Assembly: GCA_965652295.1 (NCBI GenBank)
Contig: CBFGTS010000003.1
Coordinates: 250,232 to 314,231, forward strand
DNA: 64,000 nucleotides
From: an uncultured Haloferula sp.
Lineage (GTDB): Bacteria; Verrucomicrobiota; Verrucomicrobiia; Verrucomicrobiales; Akkermansiaceae
Direction: 5' to 3'
Below the pieces are notes generated by a model that was not told the DNA's origin, did not search any database, and saw only the letters and a program-made list of their open reading frames with translations. Below are positions 13,071-23,103 of this stretch, piece by piece; positions within the stretch are counted from its first letter, which is position 1, and each line of letters opens with the position of its first letter. A program made the translations under genes and the position numbers.

Positions 13071-13643
13071 TCACGGAGTCGGGCTGGCCAGCCGATCCAT
13101 GCGGCGGCGCTCCATTTGCTCGCGCAAGCGGGTCTCGGACTCGCCGTCCCAGTATCCGGGTTCGAGCTCGATGAAGACGCTGGAATACGGAAGCGCCGTG
13201 TTCGTGCGGACGACCAGCACGTCAAAACTGCGCTGCGCGTCCTGCACCAGGGTGACCAGCGAGTCCTGCTCAAGCTCGATCACCTCATGCCCGTGGAGCG
13301 CGGCCTGGAGGTCCTGCCGGAGTTGATCCGCGCCGGGGGCGAAATCGTTTTCCACCGCCCGCAGCTCGCGGGTCAGGAAGATCTTCGGCCTCACGTGCTC
13401 GGTGCGCTCAAGGATGCGGAGCACCTCGTCGAGCACCACCGGGATGGTCTCATAGGAGTTGATCTGGCGGGTGCCCGGACGGCTGTGGGCGGGGTAGGAA
13501 GCCTCGGCGATGATGATCCAGTTCCGGTAGCCGAGCTGGGCGGTCTGCACCTCCACCTCCGCACGCCAGCCGCCGGCGGGGCCGAAACACGAGGAAAACA
13601 GCACCGCCGTGAGTATCATCCAGCATCTGGAAATCCACACCAT
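13071..13643 (-). CDS. RbsD/FucU-like protein, possible lipoprotein
   Basis: LGYRNWIIIAEASYP and VRTNTALPYSSVFIEL resemble the RbsD/FucU fold ends; hydrophobic N-terminus ending LFSSC. Confidence 0.6.
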   Translation of the reverse strand: MVWISRCWMILTAVLFSSCFGPAGGWRAEVEVQTAQLGYRNWIIIAEASYPAHSRPGTRQINSYETIPVVLDEVLRILERTEHVRPKIFLTRELRAVENDFAPGADQLRQDLQAALHGHEVIELEQDSLVTLVQDAQRSFDVLVVRTNTALPYSSVFIELEPGYWDGESETRLREQMERRRMDRLASPTP

Positions 13644-13707
13644 CCGGCGGGAGTAAACTCCGGCGGCCGGACAGTGTCAACGTGCCGCCCCCGGCGGGGC
13701 GGGGCAA

Positions 13708-16689
13708 TCAGCGGCGCAATTCCGGAGCGGTCCACGGTTGCTTGCGATCCGCGGTGGCCGCCCGGACCTTCCCCACCTGGGCGGGCGTGACCTGGGCGGC
13801 GTCGTTGCTCCACGACTGCCGGACGTAGGTCAGGACATCGGCGATCTGTTGGTCGTTCAACGAAGGTCCCAGCGGGGCCATCATGCTGTTGAACGTCTGC
13901 CCCGAGACCTCCACCGGCCCCAGCATGCCGTGCAACACGATGCGGATCGGAATCTCGGGATCGCCGGTAAGCCAGTCCGCTCCGTCGATCGGAGGAAACG
14001 CGCCGGGCACGCCTTTGCCATCCATGCCGTGACAGGCGATGCAGGTCTGCGAGAAGACCTCCTTGCCGCGGGCGTGGACTTCCGCGTCGGGCTTGAACAT
14101 GCGAGGCTTTTCCGGAGCGTCCGTGGCCGGCCCGGATTGCTTGAGCAGGTCCACCTGCGCCATCAACCCGCCTCCCGCCGGCGGCGTGGTGGCGGCTGCG
14201 GCCAGCACCCCGGCCCGCTGGCGCCGGGCGGCGATGCGCCAGGCATCCGCGAGAACCGGATCGGAAAAAAGATCCGGGCGAGCGTTCGCCTGGCGAAAAA
14301 GCGCGGCACCCAGTGCGGGGTCCGCCGCGGCGCGCGACATCGCCAGCCAGACCTCGGCCAACTCCCGACCTTCCACCTGCACGTCCCCCTCGCCCGCGAA
14401 AACCTTTTTCAACGCAGCCGGGGAGGCCACGGCGATCGCCGCCCGGCGGGTCGCGCCATGCGGGGAAGCCAGGGCGGCCTCGGCCAAGGGATCGGCGAGC
14501 TTGCCCCACTGCGCGAGCACATGCAGCGCGTGAGGGCCGCCGTGAGCAGACATCCGGACCACCCGCTCCAACTCCGGCACCAGTTTCTCGATACCGCTGC
14601 GGACGATCTGTTCCTGGCCATGCAGGCGCCACAAGAGGTTCTGATGATCGAGCGCGGCAAACCAGGTTTCCGGCTTGGCGGGATCGAGCCGCGGGTTCGG
14701 ATCGTCCGGCGTGCCCTTCGGATAGATCCGGTAAATGCGGCCGTGTTCCTTGTCGCGCAACGGCGTCTGGTAGGCGTTGCCCTTGCCGTTCTTGGCGTTC
14801 ACGCCGGAGGATTCGCGGCTCGGCGTCGGGTTGTGCTGGATGATGAGATTGTACCAATCGCAGACCCACATCGCACCGTCCGGACCGACCTCGGCACAAA
14901 CCGGGGCCGACCACGCATCGGCGGACGTATAGAGGTTGTTCGGCGACTGCACCGCCTTCCACCCCGCTCCCTGGCGGATCATGTCGAAGTGCCCGACGAG
15001 CTTCCCGGTCGGTCCGCAGACGAAGGCGGCCTTGTTCCAGTAGCTTTCCGGGAAACGACGGGCGGTGTAGAAGGCGTGGCCGGCACCGGCCGTGTATTTG
15101 TCGAACTGGTCCACCTGGCGGATGTCGAACGACATGGGGTTGAAGATCGGGTTGTCGTCGGCCCGCGGCGTCTTGTCCTGCGCGATGCCCGCCGCGCTGT
15201 AGTCGGCGCGCGGAAAGCTCACATACCAGCTGGGGTTTCCGTTGGCGGTCGAGCCCAGCACGTCGAATTCCTCGGTAAAGCCCAAGCCCCAGGTGTTGTT
15301 GGTCGTGTTCTGGATGAACTCCATTTTCGAGCCGTCCGGCAGGAAGCGGAACACCGCCTGGCCGAACTCGTGCTTCTCACCGCCCACCGTGCCATTGAAG
15401 CCGGAGTAGCCGACGGTGGCGTAAATCCAGCCATCGAAGCCGTAGCGCAGGTTCGAGACTCCGGCGTGGGTGTCGCCCATGCGGAAGCCGTCCAGCACCA
15501 CCTCGCGCACGTCCGCCTCGTCGTCGCCATCGGTGTCCTTCAGGAAAATCACCTCGCTGCCGTTGGTGCAGAGCACGCCGCCGTTGACGAAGACGAGCGA
15601 GGTCGGGATCGAGAGCTTTTCCGCGAAGCGGGTGAAGCGGTCGGCTCTGCCGTCGCGGTTGGTGTCCTCGCAAATCGTGATCCGGTCGTGGCCGATGTTT
15701 CCCTCCTGGAGGTTGTTGGGGTAGTCGATGGTTTCCACCACGAACGCACGCCCGCGGTGATCCCAGGCGACGTAGATGGGGTTCACGATGTCCGGCTCGC
15801 TGGCGAAAAGGGAGATCTCCATCCCGGCGGGCACCTGGGCGAGCTTGATCGATTCCTCGGGCGGCAGCGGTTCCTGCGCCATCTTGATTTCCTCCCGCTG
15901 GCGGTAACCCGGCAGCGAAACCTCTTCCTGCCCGGGCTTCGGCAGCTTCAGACGGAGCATCTGGCGGTATTTGTCCGGTCCCACGCTCCAGTAGATCGCA
16001 TTGCGCAGCAGAGCGTGGAACCCGGGCAGGTCCCACACCCGATGGTCATGGCCGCTGGCGGTGTAGAAAACGCGGCCCTTGCCCTGGGTCCGCGTCCACG
16101 ACCACGGCTCGGATTTCCTCTTCTGAAGGATCTCGCGGTCGTCCGCGTGATCGCTGTGTTCGTAGGTTTCATCCCACGCCTTGAAGCCCTCCAGACCTTT
16201 GAGGATCGGGTGGTTCGGAGCGACGTCCCGAACTTTGAATTCCTCGCCCCCGTGCGAACGGAACTTCGCGCCCACCAGCTTCACGAACTCCGGCGAGCCG
16301 CCGTAGCACGCCGACGCGCAGTGGATCGGGAGAAAACCGCCTCCGCCCTCGACGTAATCCGTCAAGGCCTTGAGCTGCCCGGCCGGCATCACGCCGTTCT
16401 GCTCCCAGTTTCCATACATCAGCAGCGCGTCGTAGCGCTCCAGGGTATCCTCGCGAAAGACCGCCGCAGGGTCCTCCATGTAGGTCAGGTTGATCCCCTC
16501 CATGCCGAGCCCTTTTTTCAGCACACGGTAGCGGGTGATCGGGTCGTGCCCCGGATGGGCGGCCGTCGGGGCACCGAAAAACAGCACCTCCAGACGCCGC
16601 GCGTCATCGTTCGGGACCGCCACGCGAGCAGCCAACACCACGCCCAACAAAAGCGCGGGCACAAGCAGTTTGAGAAATCGGAGTCGCAT
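13708..16689 (-). CDS. PVC-type membrane-bound dehydrogenase-domain protein with ThuA-like domain and cytochrome c
   Basis: Signal peptide; ThuA-like GGGFLPIHCAS and GKGRVFYTASGHD; beta-propeller (FASEPDIVNP, EDTNRDGRAD, GPDGAMWVCDWY); C-terminal CIACH. Confidence 0.85.
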   Translation of the reverse strand: MRLRFLKLLVPALLLGVVLAARVAVPNDDARRLEVLFFGAPTAAHPGHDPITRYRVLKKGLGMEGINLTYMEDPAAVFREDTLERYDALLMYGNWEQNGVMPAGQLKALTDYVEGGGGFLPIHCASACYGGSPEFVKLVGAKFRSHGGEEFKVRDVAPNHPILKGLEGFKAWDETYEHSDHADDREILQKRKSEPWSWTRTQGKGRVFYTASGHDHRVWDLPGFHALLRNAIYWSVGPDKYRQMLRLKLPKPGQEEVSLPGYRQREEIKMAQEPLPPEESIKLAQVPAGMEISLFASEPDIVNPIYVAWDHRGRAFVVETIDYPNNLQEGNIGHDRITICEDTNRDGRADRFTRFAEKLSIPTSLVFVNGGVLCTNGSEVIFLKDTDGDDEADVREVVLDGFRMGDTHAGVSNLRYGFDGWIYATVGYSGFNGTVGGEKHEFGQAVFRFLPDGSKMEFIQNTTNNTWGLGFTEEFDVLGSTANGNPSWYVSFPRADYSAAGIAQDKTPRADDNPIFNPMSFDIRQVDQFDKYTAGAGHAFYTARRFPESYWNKAAFVCGPTGKLVGHFDMIRQGAGWKAVQSPNNLYTSADAWSAPVCAEVGPDGAMWVCDWYNLIIQHNPTPSRESSGVNAKNGKGNAYQTPLRDKEHGRIYRIYPKGTPDDPNPRLDPAKPETWFAALDHQNLLWRLHGQEQIVRSGIEKLVPELERVVRMSAHGGPHALHVLAQWGKLADPLAEAALASPHGATRRAAIAVASPAALKKVFAGEGDVQVEGRELAEVWLAMSRAAADPALGAALFRQANARPDLFSDPVLADAWRIAARRQRAGVLAAAATTPPAGGGLMAQVDLLKQSGPATDAPEKPRMFKPDAEVHARGKEVFSQTCIACHGMDGKGVPGAFPPIDGADWLTGDPEIPIRIVLHGMLGPVEVSGQTFNSMMAPLGPSLNDQQIADVLTYVRQSWSNDAAQVTPAQVGKVRAATADRKQPWTAPELRR

Positions 16690-16706
16690 GGCGGTTCCTG
16701 GTTGGA

Positions 16707-17837
16707 TCATTGGAGGGTGAACTCCGGCAAACGGATGAGCTCGCCCCCCTTCAACGCCGATTCATGGGCCAATATTCCGGTGCAGGTGATATTGGCGGAT
16801 TGGACCGCGTTCGGATAGCCCTCGCCGCGGCCGTGCAGCAGCTCCACGAACTGATGCACCAGGTGCGGGTGCGACCCGCCATGGCCCGCGCCCTGGGTGT
16901 AGCTGAGGTGCTCCTCGCCGCCGTCCCCGCCATACACGCCACCCTTGGTGAAGGGCGCGATCTCGGCCGGCAAGAGGTGACCGAAGTCGGGACACTCGAC
17001 CCGCTCGGGGATTTCCGGTTCCGGCTTTTTCGCCGTGTGGACGACCAGCGGCTCGTGCTCCACCAGCGGCCACTCGACGGCTTTCTTCGAACCATAGACC
17101 TCGAACGACTCGCGGTACTGACGCGCCACGTCGAAGAGCGAGCGATACACCTGCGCGGACAGGTCGCTGTCCTTGAACTTGATATGGCAGGTCTCCACCG
17201 CGAAGGGCGAGCCGTAGCAGCCGTGCATTTCCTCGCGGATCGTGCCCGAGGGGAAGCAGGAGACGTATTCCGCCTGGCTCCGGGCAAGTCCCAGCACCGG
17301 GCCCACGCAATGCGTCGCGTAGTGCATCGGCGGCAGGCCCGGCCAGTAGCCCGGCCAGCCGTCCATGTCCTGCTGGTGGGACGCCTTCAGGAACTGAAGC
17401 TTGCCCAGCTCCCCGCGGTCGTAGAGGTCCTTCATGAAAAGGAACTCCCGCGCGTAAACCACCGTCTCCATCATCATGTAATGGAGCCCCTTTTCCTTCA
17501 CGAGCTCCACGATCCGCCGGCAATCCTCCACGGAGGTCGCCATCGGCACGGTGCAGGCCACGTGTTTTCCCGCCTCCAGCGCGGCGATCGACTGCTCGGC
17601 GTGGTTCGGGATCGGCGTATTGATGTGCACCGCATCGATCTCCGGATCCGCCAACAGCTCCTCGTAGGAGACGTAGCGTTTTGCGACGCCGAACTTGTCG
17701 CCCACCTCGTTGAGCACCGACTCGGTGCGCTGGCAGATCGCCGCCATCTCCGCTCCGGGATGGCGTTGGTAAATGGGGATGAACTCGGCACCGAAGCCGA
17801 GACCGACGATGGCCACTCTCACAGGGTTCTCAGACAT
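16707..17837 (-). CDS. Gfo/Idh/MocA-family oxidoreductase
   Basis: VAIVGLGFG, YEELLADPEIDAVHINTP, ALEAGKHV. Confidence 0.88.
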   Translation of the reverse strand: MSENPVRVAIVGLGFGAEFIPIYQRHPGAEMAAICQRTESVLNEVGDKFGVAKRYVSYEELLADPEIDAVHINTPIPNHAEQSIAALEAGKHVACTVPMATSVEDCRRIVELVKEKGLHYMMMETVVYAREFLFMKDLYDRGELGKLQFLKASHQQDMDGWPGYWPGLPPMHYATHCVGPVLGLARSQAEYVSCFPSGTIREEMHGCYGSPFAVETCHIKFKDSDLSAQVYRSLFDVARQYRESFEVYGSKKAVEWPLVEHEPLVVHTAKKPEPEIPERVECPDFGHLLPAEIAPFTKGGVYGGDGGEEHLSYTQGAGHGGSHPHLVHQFVELLHGRGEGYPNAVQSANITCTGILAHESALKGGELIRLPEFTLQ

Positions 17838-17935
17838 GGTGATGGAAGGTTTCCGCGCCGGGCGTATCCGCCCGACGGTGGAGCCACTGTAGGTGGATGC
17901 CGCAGCCAGCGCTTGTATCTTCAAGGTCCGATCTT

Positions 17936-18718
17936 ATGGAAAAAACCGACATGAACGCGATGAGACGAGCCGCGGAATGGAGCCGCCAGCTGGCCGCCGG
18001 CGAGGAGCGCAGGATCTTCGACCACCTACCCAACCACCTCTATTTCGCAAAGAACCTGGATCTCCAGCTGATGGCCGCCAACCGCGCCTTCCTCGATCGC
18101 TGCGGCCGCGAGACCGAGGAGGAGATCATCGGCTTGACCGATTGCGACCTCTTCCCCCTCGAACTCGCCGAAAAGTACCGCCAAGACGACCTGAAGGTCA
18201 TTGAAAGCGGGCAGCCGCTGAACAGCATCATCGAGTTGTTTCCCAACCGCATCGGCGAACCGGAATGGTTCATTACCGACAAGATTCCGCTGAAATCCTC
18301 CGCCGGCGAAATCATCGGTCTCAGCGGCGTGGTCCGCAGCTACGAGCGCACCCGCATCGAACTCCAGCCCTACCTCGACCTGCGCGGCGTGGTGGAGTAC
18401 CTCAAACAGCACTACGCCGATCCGATTTCGATGAACGAGCTGTCCTCCAAGCTCGGGATTTCCACCCGCCAGCTCGAGCGCCGCTTCCGCGCCACCTTCA
18501 ACACCTCCCCCCGCCAGTACACCCTCAAGCTCCGCATCCTCAAGGCCTGCGAGCTGTTGGCGAGCAGCCCGATGAGCGTCACGGAAATCGCGCTCGCCAC
18601 CGGCTTCTACGACCACAGCGCGTTCTCCCGCCGCTTCCGCACGACGATGAACATGACCCCGGCCGAATACCGGCGGAGGAACTCGCGCTTCAAAAAACAA
18701 CCGCCCCGGAACGGCTGA
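17936..18718 (+). CDS. AraC-family regulator with N-terminal PAS domain
   Basis: PAS-like YFAKN..ANRAF..IIGLTDCDLFP..KIPL; AraC HTH RQLERRF..EIALATGFYDHSAFSRRFR; divergent from the oxidoreductase operon. Confidence 0.9.
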   Translation: MEKTDMNAMRRAAEWSRQLAAGEERRIFDHLPNHLYFAKNLDLQLMAANRAFLDRCGRETEEEIIGLTDCDLFPLELAEKYRQDDLKVIESGQPLNSIIELFPNRIGEPEWFITDKIPLKSSAGEIIGLSGVVRSYERTRIELQPYLDLRGVVEYLKQHYADPISMNELSSKLGISTRQLERRFRATFNTSPRQYTLKLRILKACELLASSPMSVTEIALATGFYDHSAFSRRFRTTMNMTPAEYRRRNSRFKKQPPRNG

Positions 18719-18730
18719 AAGCAGCCGGCT

Positions 18731-19429
18731 TCAGCCGTCGAGCCGACGCAGCTTCAAGTTGCGGAAATCACAGGCGTCGTGGTGATCGGTCAGCATGATG
18801 CGGCCCTCCGCCTTCTCGCCGAAGCCTTCCGCGCCCTTGAATTTGCTGTCTTCGATCGCTCGCCGGAGCTTGCTACTACCAAGATCGTAGTGGAGCACCA
18901 TCGCTCCGTTCAGCCAGTGCTCGACCCGCTTGCCCTTCACCACGATGCGCGACTCGTTCCACTCGCCCGGCTCCTTGAACGGCGCGTTCGCGGCCGGCGA
19001 CATGATGTCATAAAGCGCCGCCGTGATCCGCTCCGTGCCGTTCCGCCCGTCCGGGTGACCTTCGTTGTCGAGCATCTGGTACTCCGGCCCCGGGGCTGCC
19101 CGTCGCTCCTCGGACACCAGATATTTCACGCCGTTGTTGCCGTTCTTCGAAATCCTCCACTCCCACACGAACTCGAAGTCGCCGAACTCCTCCTCGGTCA
19201 CGATGTTGCCGCCCTTCCCTCCGCGTCGCAGCCGCAGCATTCCGTCCTCGGCCTGCCAACCTTCGCCGGGCTTTTTCTTCCCTCCATAGGTCCGCCAGCC
19301 GTCCAGATCGCGTCCGTTGAAAAGCAGCTCCCAACCCTCGCTCTTTTCCTCAAGGGAAAGCTCGTTCGCGTCGGCCGTGCACAAGGGTAGTGAGCCCAGC
19401 AGGAAAAGGACGAGAGGGATCGCTTTCAT
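18731..19429 (-). CDS. DUF1080 (3-keto-disaccharide hydrolase-like) secreted protein
   Basis: GWELLFNGRDLDGW, FGDFEF..EW, NNGV, EYQMLD, GEWN, HWLNG, FRNLKLR. Confidence 0.88.
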   Translation of the reverse strand: MKAIPLVLFLLGSLPLCTADANELSLEEKSEGWELLFNGRDLDGWRTYGGKKKPGEGWQAEDGMLRLRRGGKGGNIVTEEEFGDFEFVWEWRISKNGNNGVKYLVSEERRAAPGPEYQMLDNEGHPDGRNGTERITAALYDIMSPAANAPFKEPGEWNESRIVVKGKRVEHWLNGAMVLHYDLGSSKLRRAIEDSKFKGAEGFGEKAEGRIMLTDHHDACDFRNLKLRRLDG

Positions 19430-19551
19430 AAGGCCGATCCTACCCGTCGCATCCGTCCGATATTTCAAGCAAGGCGCGCCGCGGCCGCTGCGGACGAGCC
19501 CGGAGACAAGTTTCGCCGGACCCCCGCGTATCCAACGCCGCCTCTCGACCC

Positions 19552-20931
19552 ATGATCCTTCGAGCATCCCTGCCCATCATCCTCGCCGCCTTCTGTTTAC
19601 CGGTTGTCCTGGCCGCCGAGCCCTTCCGCATCGAAGTGGTCGACAAGGACAACGGCTGGCCCGTTCCGCTGGTGGAGCTGACCACCACCAGCGACTCCCA
19701 ATTCGTGACCGACAATGCCGGCGTGGCCGCCTTCGACCTCGATGAGTTCATGGGCGTGGAAACCTGGCTGCACGTCTTCTCCCACGGTTACGAACTCCCC
19801 GCCGATGGCTTCGGCAACCGCGGCGTGCGTTTCACTCCGGAGCCGGGCGGTCGGCTGACGATCGAGATCGAGCGCAAGCAGATCGCCAAGCGCCTCGGCA
19901 GGCTCACCGGTTCCGGTCTGTTCGCGGAGAGCCAGAAGTTCGGCGAACACGGAGCATGGGAGGAATCCGGCATCACCGGCTGCGACACCGTCCAGCTCAC
20001 CCGCCACGGCGACCGTCTTTTCTGGCTTTGGGGTGATACCGACCTCCCCGGCTACCCTCTCGGCATTTTCCACACCTCCGGAGCCACCACCGGTCTGGAT
20101 CCGCTCATTTCCACGAAGCCGCCCACCGCGATCCGCTACGACTACTTCCGTAACAAGGAAGGCAAGCCCCGCGGCGTGGCCGTGATGCCGGGCGACGGGC
20201 CCACCTGGGTCTCCGGTTTTACCTCGCTGCCCGACAACCGCGGCCGCCTTCATATGGTCGCCACCTACGCCAAGATCCGCAACATGCTGGAGCCTTACGA
20301 ATTCGGTCTGATCGAGTGGAACGAGCAAAAAGAGGAGTTCGAAAGCGTGCTGAAGTTCTGGGAAAAGAAGGGCGACGAGAAAGGTCCGCCACGCCCCTAC
20401 CCCGATGGCCATCCGCTTTTCTGGTCCGACGCCGAGGGGAAAAAATGGCTCTACTTCAACGGCCCGCCGAATTTCCGCTGCCCCGCCACCTACGAGGCCT
20501 GGAAGGACCGCTCCACCTGGGAGGAGGTCAAGAACCCGAAGATCTTTGACACGATCGGTGGCGGCCGCGTGGAAGTCGCCTCCGCTTCCGTCGAGTGGAA
20601 CGAATACCGCCAACGCTGGGTGATGATCCTCCAACAGAAGTTCGGGGACACCTCGCCCTTCGGCGAAGTATGGTATCTCGAAGGCGCATCGCCCGCAGGC
20701 CCATGGGGTCCCGCCATCAAGGTGGCCACGCACCAGAACTATACCTTCTACAACGTGCAGATCGACTCCCACCTCGCCGATCCCGACGATCCGTTTCTCC
20801 TCTTCGAAGGCACCTACGTCACGACCTTCACCGACAACCAGAACAAAACCCCGCGCTACGACTACAACCAGGTGCTCTACCGGCTCGATCTCGATGATCC
20901 CGCCCTCGAAAAGGCCCGCCTGATGAAGTAG
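19552..20931 (+). CDS. Secreted hypothetical protein, probably carbohydrate-active beta-propeller
   Basis: Signal peptide; FWLWGDT and SPAGPW motifs; lies in sugar-utilisation context. Confidence 0.6.
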   Translation: MILRASLPIILAAFCLPVVLAAEPFRIEVVDKDNGWPVPLVELTTTSDSQFVTDNAGVAAFDLDEFMGVETWLHVFSHGYELPADGFGNRGVRFTPEPGGRLTIEIERKQIAKRLGRLTGSGLFAESQKFGEHGAWEESGITGCDTVQLTRHGDRLFWLWGDTDLPGYPLGIFHTSGATTGLDPLISTKPPTAIRYDYFRNKEGKPRGVAVMPGDGPTWVSGFTSLPDNRGRLHMVATYAKIRNMLEPYEFGLIEWNEQKEEFESVLKFWEKKGDEKGPPRPYPDGHPLFWSDAEGKKWLYFNGPPNFRCPATYEAWKDRSTWEEVKNPKIFDTIGGGRVEVASASVEWNEYRQRWVMILQQKFGDTSPFGEVWYLEGASPAGPWGPAIKVATHQNYTFYNVQIDSHLADPDDPFLLFEGTYVTTFTDNQNKTPRYDYNQVLYRLDLDDPALEKARLMK

Positions 20932-20959
20932 GAGCTTCTTCCAGCAAAAACCCATCGCC

Positions 20960-22585
20960 ATGCAACCCGTTCAACCCACCCACACCGACCGCAGAATCTT
21001 CTTCTGGTCCCTCAGCTCGGCGCTCGCCGGATTTCTTTTCGGCTTCGATACCGTCGTCATCTCCGGGGCCGAGAAAACCATTCAGGACCTCTGGGATCTC
21101 GACGGCACGCACCACGGCTGGGCCATGTCCGCCGCGCTGTGGGGCACGGTTCTCGGTGCCATCTTCGGCGGCTGGCCGGCGGAGCGCTTCGGCCGCAAGG
21201 GCACCCTCGTCTGGATCGGCCTGCTCTACCTTGTTTCCGCGGTCTGGTCCGGGCTTTCCCAGGATCTCTGGAGCTTCGTCGTCGCCCGCTTCCTCGGCGG
21301 ACTCGGCGTCGGCATCTCCACCGTGGTCGGACCGATGTATATCTCGGAAATCGCGCCCGCCGCAAAACGCGGACGCCTGGCCGGGATGTTTCAGTTCAAT
21401 ATCGTCTTCGGCATCCTGGTCGCCTTCTTTTCCAATTGGGTTCTCGCCCGTTGGATGGGCGAGGTGGCGTGGCGGTGGATGCTCGGCGTCGAGGCCATCC
21501 CGGCGGTGATCTACACCCTCATGTGCCTCCGCATCCCCGAAAGCCCGCGCTGGTTGATCACCCGCAAAGGCGACCGCGAAGGCGGCAAGGCTGTCCTGGC
21601 GCTGGCCCGTCCCGCCGCCTCACCGGAGGAGATCGAGACGCTGGCCCGCGAGATCGAAACCCACAGCGGCAAGGAACCCGCCGCCCGCGGCATCCCCTTC
21701 GCCCGCCTGCGCATCCCCCTCCTGCTCGCCTTCCTGATCGCCTTCTTCAACCAGCTCTCCGGCATCAACGTCATCCTCTATTTCGCTCCGCGCCTGCTCG
21801 GTCTCGCCGGCATCGAGGACCCGCTGCAGGCCTCCATCTGGCTCGGTATCGTCAACCTCGTCTTCACCTTCGTCGGCCTCTGGCTCATCGACCGCCTCGG
21901 CCGCAAAACCCTGCTGCTCGCCGGCTCCATCGGCTACATCCTCTCCCTTGGCGTCTGCGCCTGGGCCTTCCTCACTTTCCCGGGCTTCAAGGTCGTTTCC
22001 TCCGCCATCGACCTCCGCGCCGCCGTGGAAAAAGTCGAAGCCTTGGAAAGTGCCGACCGCCCCGTGAGCCCCGCCGAAAGGACCTCCGCCACGGAAGCCC
22101 TCAATGCCTCCCGCGAGGCCCTCGCCGCCGCGACCCGGCTGCCGGGATACAGCGGCGGAACCGTCGAGCTTGATCCGGATGCCCCCCTGATGGAATCCGC
22201 AACGGCGGCCGACCTCGCCAGCAAATCCGCCGCCGCCGCGCTCGGCGGTCTCAGCAGCCTCGTCCTCGTCTGCCTGCTCGGTTTCATCGCGGCGCATGCG
22301 GTGGGACAAGGAGCCGTCATCTGGGTGTTCATCTCCGAGATCTTCCCGAACGCCTACCGGGCCCTCGGCCAATCGTTCGGCAGCGCCACCCACTGGGTTT
22401 TCGCCGCTCTGCTCGCCCAGCTTTTCCCGATCGCAATCGGCCACTTCGATGCCGGCTACATCTTCGCCTTCTTCGCCTTCATGATGACCCTCCAGCTCAT
22501 CTGGGTGCTGACGATGGTTCCCGAAACGAAGGGAGTGCCGCTTGAGGAAATGGAGGAAAGGCTCGGGGTGAAAGGCCGCGCATGA
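20960..22585 (+). CDS. MFS sugar porter
   Basis: LFGFDTVVISG, ERFGRK, YISEIAP, PESPRWL, NQLSGIN, DRLGRK, PETKG. Confidence 0.95.
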   Translation: MQPVQPTHTDRRIFFWSLSSALAGFLFGFDTVVISGAEKTIQDLWDLDGTHHGWAMSAALWGTVLGAIFGGWPAERFGRKGTLVWIGLLYLVSAVWSGLSQDLWSFVVARFLGGLGVGISTVVGPMYISEIAPAAKRGRLAGMFQFNIVFGILVAFFSNWVLARWMGEVAWRWMLGVEAIPAVIYTLMCLRIPESPRWLITRKGDREGGKAVLALARPAASPEEIETLAREIETHSGKEPAARGIPFARLRIPLLLAFLIAFFNQLSGINVILYFAPRLLGLAGIEDPLQASIWLGIVNLVFTFVGLWLIDRLGRKTLLLAGSIGYILSLGVCAWAFLTFPGFKVVSSAIDLRAAVEKVEALESADRPVSPAERTSATEALNASREALAAATRLPGYSGGTVELDPDAPLMESATAADLASKSAAAALGGLSSLVLVCLLGFIAAHAVGQGAVIWVFISEIFPNAYRALGQSFGSATHWVFAALLAQLFPIAIGHFDAGYIFAFFAFMMTLQLIWVLTMVPETKGVPLEEMEERLGVKGRA

Positions 22586-22601
22586 GACACCCGAGGACGG
22601 A

Positions 22602-22955
22602 TCACTCGTGGCCGATGTACTGCGTGAGCATGATCACATTACCTTCTGGATCCTCGACCGAGCTCAGAATAATCGGCTCTCCCTCCCGCCGTTCAGGGCG
22701 TAGCACCGGGGTTGCTCCCTGTTCAACCGCCCGCTCGAAGGCTTCCGACACGTCTTGATACTGGAGGGAAAGGCCGGTTTCCTTGCGGGCTCCATCTCCT
22801 CCGCCATGCAAACCCAAAATCGCCCCTCCGGACTGCAGCTCCGACCAATCCGGCGAGGAGAAGCTTTCACTAAAGCCCAAAGCATCACGGTAGAAAGCGA
22901 TCGCCCGTTCCATCTTCTGGGCCATCAGGAGGTATTTGACGGATTGAGGTTTCAT
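22602..22955 (-). CDS. VOC (glyoxalase/bleomycin resistance) family protein
   Basis: MERAIAFYRDALG and EDPEGN motifs. Confidence 0.85.
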   Translation of the reverse strand: MKPQSVKYLLMAQKMERAIAFYRDALGFSESFSSPDWSELQSGGAILGLHGGGDGARKETGLSLQYQDVSEAFERAVEQGATPVLRPERREGEPIILSSVEDPEGNVIMLTQYIGHE

Positions 22956-23103
22956 CTGAGTCTACGGATCGAAGAGCTGCAAGTGTTAGTCGGCCCTCCG
23001 AAGTGTCCAGACCAATAGCCAGCCGTGGAGGACGGAACCCGCCATCGCTGCCCCGATCGAGGGATTGAGCCGGGAAGGGTCCACGGCGTTGAATCGGCCA
23101 CGC

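Noticed and set aside
13738..16818. 1026-aa plus-strand ORF
   Set aside because: Antisense to a well-supported dehydrogenase/cytochrome gene; composition typical of shadow frames.
17872..17893. Imperfect palindrome ccgacggtgg-ag-ccactgtagg between divergent genes
   Set aside because: Only 8/10 match in GC-rich DNA; not distinguishable from chance without comparative data.
18711..18738. 9-bp inverted repeat between convergent AraC and DUF1080 genes
   Set aside because: Largely produced by both genes ending in ACGGCTGA; no U-tract, so not called a terminator or REP.
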